From Candidatus Heimdallarchaeota archaeon (GTDB lineage Archaea; Asgardarchaeota; Heimdallarchaeia; JABLTI01), in the NCBI GenBank assembly GCA_030614005.1, contig JAUWKS010000005.1, positions 41,964 through 105,963 on the forward strand: 64,000 nucleotides of DNA, read 5' to 3'. A model generated the notes under the pieces. The model made no database searches. It was given only the letters and a program-made list of their open reading frames with translations, and had not been told where the DNA came from. Shown piece by piece: positions 58,661 through 64,000 of the stretch. Numbering within the stretch: position 1 is the stretch's first letter; each line of letters opens with the position of its first letter. Made by a program: the position numbers and the translations under genes.

Positions 58661-59995
58661 TCAATTTGTTTGAATTTTGATTTTTATTCCTAATTTCACC
58701 AATCTTCTAAAGAAGAATTTTTCTACATCGGGTTCTTCTACTGTTCGGGAAAAATTAATAATAAATTTATCTTTAAAACTAACAATCGCGCAACCATTAG
58801 CGATCGTTGAGCTTGGTGCAAGAACAAAGTCGAAATTTTCTATTTCATTTGCAAAAGCTTCTGGCATGATCACTCTTCCAATATTACTCAATTTTCCTGA
58901 ATTTTGTTTTTCACCCATTTTTTCAAAGATAATCTTACCAAATAATCTCTTAATAAAAAGTGGAATAAACCTTACATAAGGATAGTATTCTCCTCTCACA
59001 TTTCGAGAAATAAATTGTTTGAGATCTCTTTTTGAAGTGTCTTTTCTTAACGTATGATGAACGATATTTACAATTTCTTCAAAACTATGTTTACCCAATT
59101 GAGGATTTATTCCAGGATTAACCATGAAACTGAAATTTCTCATTGTTTTTGAAGGGAATGGATTTCTGAGATTTACTGGAACAGCTATTCTGATTGGTTT
59201 AATATATTTCTTTCTTTTTTCTATTGGGATGTTAAACAGTGTTTCCTGAAGTGCTTCGATGTAAATGCTGGTTAACAATTCTGTTATTGAGACTTTTTTA
59301 GCTCGAGCTATCTGTAAAAGTTGCTTCACAGACATTATTGCAGAAACGATATGAAATACTCCTGTTTCTACTTTTGTAAAAGGCGCTTTATAACCAGGTC
59401 CATTTACTTGTGGATTCGGTAGTTCTTTACCGTAATTGCTTTTGTAAGAATCATCATATTCTTCTGGGTGAGGTGCTTGGTCAAATCTAAACACGTCCCC
59501 CCAATCGTTTGTTCTTACTCCTCGCAAGAAAAGGTAGTCTGCAATTAATGCTCGTAAGAAGGTTATTCCACCTAAACCATCAGTTAAACAATGATGAAAT
59601 TCTACAGCAATCCTGTTGTAGTATGCTTTTACTCTAAAAGGAAAAGTACCTGTTTTGTGAACTGGCATGAATTGAGCAGGGAATTTTGTTTCTGCATGGA
59701 TAGTTGGAGTATTCCGATTTTCTTCAAAGTAACTCCAAAAAAAGCCTGTTTTCAATGTTACATTGAAATAAGGAAATCGTTCCATTATTCTGTTTAGAGA
59801 AATTTGCAAGTCTGCTAAATTCACACGTTCTTTTAGTGTGCATGAGACTCGGAAGATATTTGTTGATCGTTCAGATTTCATTAAACTAAAAATAGTTGCT
59901 GCGTTATCTAGTCTGTACCACCGATTAGTAAATAATCTCTTCTGATGTATTTTTGTTACTTTCTTTTCAGAATACAGATGATTTACTTTCGACAA
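58661..59995 (-). CDS. HHxxxDG-motif acyltransferase of the WS/DGAT (wax-ester synthase / diacylglycerol acyltransferase) / condensation-domain superfamily
   Basis: VEFHHCLTDGLGGITFL (HHxxxDG catalytic motif); 444 aa, matching WS/DGAT size; N-terminal WYRLDNAATIFS block. Confidence 0.6.
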   Translation of the reverse strand: MSKVNHLYSEKKVTKIHQKRLFTNRWYRLDNAATIFSLMKSERSTNIFRVSCTLKERVNLADLQISLNRIMERFPYFNVTLKTGFFWSYFEENRNTPTIHAETKFPAQFMPVHKTGTFPFRVKAYYNRIAVEFHHCLTDGLGGITFLRALIADYLFLRGVRTNDWGDVFRFDQAPHPEEYDDSYKSNYGKELPNPQVNGPGYKAPFTKVETGVFHIVSAIMSVKQLLQIARAKKVSITELLTSIYIEALQETLFNIPIEKRKKYIKPIRIAVPVNLRNPFPSKTMRNFSFMVNPGINPQLGKHSFEEIVNIVHHTLRKDTSKRDLKQFISRNVRGEYYPYVRFIPLFIKRLFGKIIFEKMGEKQNSGKLSNIGRVIMPEAFANEIENFDFVLAPSSTIANGCAIVSFKDKFIINFSRTVEEPDVEKFFFRRLVKLGIKIKIQTN

Positions 59996-60112
59996 TTAAG
60001 AGACTACCTATTAAGTTTAGGATATGCCCACTGGCATTTAGTATGTATTAAAGATTGTTGTTTATTACCTCATTGAAGAGGCAATTTTCAATAGAAAATG
60101 AAGTTTACAGTG

Positions 60113-62116
60113 CTATTTTGTAATCCAGATTTGCATTGAGGAAGGAGTTCGATTTGCCCATAAGTAATACGGGATGGCAATTAATGCTTCATTAGCTTTA
60201 CTTTTTGCTTTCAATTTAAACACACCATCGAGAATATTTTCATCAAACTCAGGTACGATTCCTTTAGTAAGATCAATTGATTCATTAGGGATCTGTCTAT
60301 CGGGATTGTCATTTGATTCAAAACAATAGACAAGTGGACCTCTGGATAAAGCAATTTTATTTCGATTATTTTTTACTTTTGGATGGGCATGATGAATATT
60401 TACTTTTATTGGAAATTCTAATTCAATGACAGATTTTTTACTCCAATCTTGAGATATTGGATAGAACTGTGCGCTATTTGGTGAAATATTAGAACCGGTG
60501 TGCTGAATTTCCTTTGGATGATGAATAGAATGCACTTTATCATTGATTACAATAGTTGGGTTTTGAGTCCAGCTTGGTATTCGAAAATTAATTGTAAATT
60601 CTTTGGATTCTGATGATACAACTTCTAATCGTATTTTTCCATTATATGGTAATTCAGAATGGATCTTTATCTTAACTGATAGATCATTCTCCAAGCTAAT
60701 CTTTGTTGAATTGCCAATAAATTGGTGAATCCAAATTTCATTAGAACTATGTGAATAGATATACTGACCAATTGAAGCCCAAATTCTTGAAACATTGCTA
60801 GGACAACAAGGAGTTGCAAACCAAGCTTCTCGAGACAAATTACCACTGGATTCTAGCAAATTACGATAAAGATAGGATGTACCGTTTAAACCAATACCTA
60901 CTGATAACGCATTGTATACTTGCCATTCTAGAAGATCAGAATATTTAGCTTCATTAGTGATTAATGCTAATTCCCAATTAAGAAGGATATTTGCTATCGC
61001 TGCACAAGTTTCACAATATGAGTAATCACTATATAATTCATAATCTCGACCAAAACCTTCTACTGAACCAAGTGCTCCAATTCCACCTGTAATGAACATC
61101 TGCTTTTGAACTAGATGCTCCCAAGTTCGTTGTACTGCCTGTAAAAGCTCTTCATCACCTGTTTCTTGATAGAGCAGAGCCATGGCAGTAACTAGATATC
61201 CCCATCGAACTGCGTGCCCAAATGGACGTTTCATTTTCTTAATAGGAGCATTTTGTTGATGATACCTCCCAGTGAAAAATTGAAAGAAACTTCTCAAACC
61301 AAGAAAAGGTGCTTCTTTCTGATGTTTTGTTTCTCCACCAAAGAAACTCATTTTCCATTCATTTCTAATTTTCTTCTCTTGCATATCTTTCAAGATATGT
61401 TTAGTTCGTTTTTTTTGATCTCGCGCTTGACTAATTATTCGTAAACCAAAGAAATTTGTTCGACCTCGTTGATTGAGGAAATGAGTTGCTAAATCTAAAT
61501 ATTTCTTTTTCTGAGTTATTCGATATAAGCGTATCAATGCTATCTCTATTTCTTGGTGACCTGGAGTGAATTTTGGAGAAGCATCCCGAAAATCAGTTAC
61601 AAGTAAATTTGCTGCTTTTAATGCTATCTCAAGGAATTCTTTTTTGTATTTTTCTGGTTCATTTGTTTCTATATAACTTACTGCTGCTTCTATCAAATGT
61701 CCTAAGCAATATAATTCATGCTCAATTTGTAGATTTGCCCACCGTCTTTTTGGAAAGTGAAATTGATTGTAGGTGAAAAGATAGCCATCTTTTTCTTGAG
61801 CACTTTGTATTAAGTTAATATATTCTCGAATTATCTTGGACAGATTATTATTTTCTTCTGTAATAAGAATTCGCGATGCTGCATCAGCCCACTTGTGAAG
61901 ATCTGAATCACAATAGAAGAAACCAAAACGATAGCCATCTTTCAAACCGGCAAGAACCCGAAAATTATCTTGATTATGAGTTTTTTCTAATTGTTCCCAT
62001 TGATAGAAAATAGCTGTTGAATTATTAATCTCAAAACGCTTTCTCCAGAAGGTATCGGTTATTTTTACCGATTTAATTTTCAGAGGTTTAGATTTCGAGA
62101 ATTTTAAGAAATTCAT
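60113..62116 (-). CDS. Glycoside hydrolase family 127-like (DUF1680; beta-L-arabinofuranosidase-type)
   Basis: N-terminal KSVKITDTFWRKRFEINNSTAIFYQWEQLEKTHNQDNFR block typical of GH127; Zn-binding Cys cluster ...YCETC... and FATPCCPSNVSRIW (CCP motif); ~670 aa. Confidence 0.7.
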   Translation of the reverse strand: MNFLKFSKSKPLKIKSVKITDTFWRKRFEINNSTAIFYQWEQLEKTHNQDNFRVLAGLKDGYRFGFFYCDSDLHKWADAASRILITEENNNLSKIIREYINLIQSAQEKDGYLFTYNQFHFPKRRWANLQIEHELYCLGHLIEAAVSYIETNEPEKYKKEFLEIALKAANLLVTDFRDASPKFTPGHQEIEIALIRLYRITQKKKYLDLATHFLNQRGRTNFFGLRIISQARDQKKRTKHILKDMQEKKIRNEWKMSFFGGETKHQKEAPFLGLRSFFQFFTGRYHQQNAPIKKMKRPFGHAVRWGYLVTAMALLYQETGDEELLQAVQRTWEHLVQKQMFITGGIGALGSVEGFGRDYELYSDYSYCETCAAIANILLNWELALITNEAKYSDLLEWQVYNALSVGIGLNGTSYLYRNLLESSGNLSREAWFATPCCPSNVSRIWASIGQYIYSHSSNEIWIHQFIGNSTKISLENDLSVKIKIHSELPYNGKIRLEVVSSESKEFTINFRIPSWTQNPTIVINDKVHSIHHPKEIQHTGSNISPNSAQFYPISQDWSKKSVIELEFPIKVNIHHAHPKVKNNRNKIALSRGPLVYCFESNDNPDRQIPNESIDLTKGIVPEFDENILDGVFKLKAKSKANEALIAIPYYLWANRTPSSMQIWITK

Positions 62117-62204
62117 CAGTTTTCGCCCAAGTTTCTACGTATCTAAAGTAAAAATTGATTGACTGATAAGTTTTATTAGTATACTTTCTTACTACTAGTA
62201 TATT

Positions 62205-62864
62205 ATGAATCGTAAATGGAAAATAGTGATCATTGTTTTTACAACAATTGTAATCATAATTGGTAGCATAATGGGAATAATAGTCCTTTTGAATTTACCA
62301 GATGGAGATTTGCCACCATCACAAAATGATCCCCCTGAAGCACCAATTTTATTATTTCCTGTTGAAAACACGGATGTTTTGATAACATTAGATGCTTTCA
62401 TCTGGGATAATGTATCGGGGTTTTTGCATAATGGCATTGATTTTGGTATAAATGATACTGCAACAATAATTGCTTCTTGTAATATGACATGCAATGACAA
62501 GAATTTGTTTTATAATGAATTAGGAGGTCATTGGCAAGCTGGTGCATCGTTCACTATCAACGAGGATTATGAGTTGTTTGTTGCTTTCGAATCCTTTGCT
62601 GAGAATGAAACCTTCGGAAATATTCAGCTAGATGCTATTATAGTTGAAATTGGACAAGTAGTTACTCAAGGAGAATTGATAGGTAATTTATTGTATCATC
62701 GAGCAGGAGCTCACATACACTTCATGTTACAAAAGAATAACGAACCTGTTTGTCCCTATCAGTATTTTAGTGCAGATGCGAAATCAATTTTTGATAATCT
62801 TTGGGTACAAATAGGTACTAGTTCTATTCCTTGCAATAATACTTCGTTGATTTGTTCTCATTAA
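62205..62864 (+). CDS. Membrane-anchored peptidase M23 (LytM-domain)-like protein
   Basis: N-terminal TM anchor IVIIVFTTIVIIIGSIMGIIVLL; M23 motifs LHNGIDFGI (HxGxD) and RAGAHIHFML (HxH). Confidence 0.55.
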   Translation: MNRKWKIVIIVFTTIVIIIGSIMGIIVLLNLPDGDLPPSQNDPPEAPILLFPVENTDVLITLDAFIWDNVSGFLHNGIDFGINDTATIIASCNMTCNDKNLFYNELGGHWQAGASFTINEDYELFVAFESFAENETFGNIQLDAIIVEIGQVVTQGELIGNLLYHRAGAHIHFMLQKNNEPVCPYQYFSADAKSIFDNLWVQIGTSSIPCNNTSLICSH

Positions 62865-63072
62865 GCTTTTTTTCTTTCTCTTATTGTTTTATCTTGTTCA
62901 AGCAACAACATATTTTATCTATGAATTGTCTAATAAATGAGTGAAAGAATCTTTGGCAAGAAATAGTTGATGATATTATCTCAGAAGAAATAATAGAGAG
63001 AATAATAAAGAAACAACTATTAAACTAACCACAAAGTAAAATCAGTTAATATCCTTTGGAGTTTGTGTTCAT

Positions 63073-63678
63073 ATGCAAAGAGTAAAGTTCGGAAAGAAAG
63101 TTAGAAAATTCATTTCAGAAATAATACCAATTACATATACTAAAGACATTTCAACATATTTTGAAGAGATAGAAGAATTTGGAAAATTAGCTAAAAAAAT
63201 ACCTGATCAAGAACAAGAGAAATATGAACAATACTTTGCTAAACATATGACTCATCAAATCAATTTAGTACAAATTAATTTTAGAAAAATAGAGATGAAA
63301 TACAGAGATTGTGTTCATAGAACTAGCAAACAATCTGCGAAATTTAATTCGCTATTTGCAGATCCAAAACTAAAACAGCATATGCGGATATTTTATCAAC
63401 AAGAATACTTGAAAATTTTGAATCCAATGTACTTCCTTGAACAGCTAAAGGAAAATTATAGTAAATATCTTGAAGTTTTGGAAATAACTCAAGCTGAATT
63501 CAGTGAATGGTTTTTCTTAGGTAGACTTGATTATTTGAAGCAAGTATTGCAGCCATATATTGTTGAGAATAAGCATTCTGCAAAAGAAAAGGAAATTTGG
63601 ATATATAGAAAACACACTCAAGAATTGACACCTGCACGAAAGAAAAAGATGTTTGAAAAAGCAGGGGTAATCCTCTGA
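63073..63678 (+). CDS. Hypothetical protein (201 aa)
   Basis: ORF only. Confidence 0.3.
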   Translation: MQRVKFGKKVRKFISEIIPITYTKDISTYFEEIEEFGKLAKKIPDQEQEKYEQYFAKHMTHQINLVQINFRKIEMKYRDCVHRTSKQSAKFNSLFADPKLKQHMRIFYQQEYLKILNPMYFLEQLKENYSKYLEVLEITQAEFSEWFFLGRLDYLKQVLQPYIVENKHSAKEKEIWIYRKHTQELTPARKKKMFEKAGVIL

Positions 63679-63717
63679 AAACGTTTTTTTTTAACCTAAG
63701 ATTGTCAGAGGGAACAT

Positions 63718-64000
63718 TTAAACATCTTTAGCAGGAGTCTCATTATTTGTAAGGCTATCTAAATCTTTTCCAAATACAATGAAATACACTATACCGATTA
63801 CACCAAAAGCTCCTGCAACGAGGAAATTTACCAGTGGACCAGCTGTTGTTCCAATATTCCATAAAAATGCCCCACCAAAAGCAGCAATAGAAACAACCAA
63901 ATCTCTTATGAGATAATATGTGCCAAAGGTGTTTGCTTTTGCATCTTCCGGAGCAAGATCCATAATCAGTGCTTTTCTTGTAGGTTCACCAAATTCCTTC
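63718..64000 (-). CDS. C-terminal portion of a transporter-like polytopic membrane protein (possibly MFS); the gene continues beyond the window end
   Basis: Reading frame remains open upstream of the called ATG to position 64000 (…KEFGEPTRKALIMDLAPEDAKA…). TM helices LVVSIAAFGGAFLWNI and LVAGAFGVIGIVYFIVFG. Confidence 0.4.
   Translation of the reverse strand, partial: KEFGEPTRKALIMDLAPEDAKANTFGTYYLIRDLVVSIAAFGGAFLWNIGTTAGPLVNFLVAGAFGVIGIVYFIVFGKDLDSLTNNETPAKDV

Noticed and set aside
1-64000. CRISPR arrays, tRNA/rRNA genes, integrase/transposase-bounded mobile elements
   Set aside because: No short direct repeats with regular spacing were seen in any intergenic gap. There are no GC-rich cloverleaf-capable ~75-nt islands in this AT-rich background and no recognisable integrase, transposase or IS terminal inverted repeats. 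Patchy accessory content is inferred only from gene content and decay, not from identifiable mobile-element borders.

Overview
This is an AT-rich (roughly one-third GC by eye) prokaryotic accessory-type region, densely coding on both strands. I found no rRNA, tRNA or CRISPR array. The gene content is a mosaic of (i) secreted or surface proteins: a 1057-aa receptor-like protein with an LVIVD beta-propeller, TSP3 calcium-binding repeats, one TM helix and a cytoplasmic roadblock domain; a subtilisin; a clostripain-type C11 peptidase with a PGF-CTERM-like anchor; an M23-like peptidase; (ii) catabolic and hydrolytic enzymes: GH13 alpha-glucosidase, GH127, amidase, nitrilase, a beta-lactamase-family serine hydrolase, several alpha/beta hydrolases, nitroreductase; (iii) a PLP amino-acid module: threonine-dehydratase-like, ornithine cyclodeaminase/mu-crystallin, aminotransferase; (iv) a MacB/FtsX-type ABC exporter; (v) many zinc-ribbon proteins, one of them with a RING-H2/PHD-like cross-brace finger; (vi) HEAT/TPR/PH-like proteins, including a HEAT protein with a long Ser/Arg/Lys-rich basic tail; (vii) a 536-aa protein made of ~14 tandem 29-residue repeats; (viii) a CGGC-domain / radical SAM / nitrilase cluster. 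Several features (LVIVD repeats, a PGF-CTERM-like sorting signal, DUF998-like and CGGC proteins, Lrp-like double-wHTH regulators, roadblock/RING/HEAT-type domains) suggest an archaeal host, possibly Asgard-like; this is inference, not demonstrated. There are clear signs of local gene decay: an ABC ATPase remnant with its N-terminus deleted and an amber codon at the Q-loop Gln position, a frameshifted RCK/TrkA-type gene, a DinB-family C-terminal fragment, a truncated GNAT and a probable degraded membrane ORF. Shine-Dalgarno-like GGTG/GGAGG motifs precede many starts, TTG/GTG starts occur, and hairpin plus oligo-T terminators are visible after two minus-strand genes.
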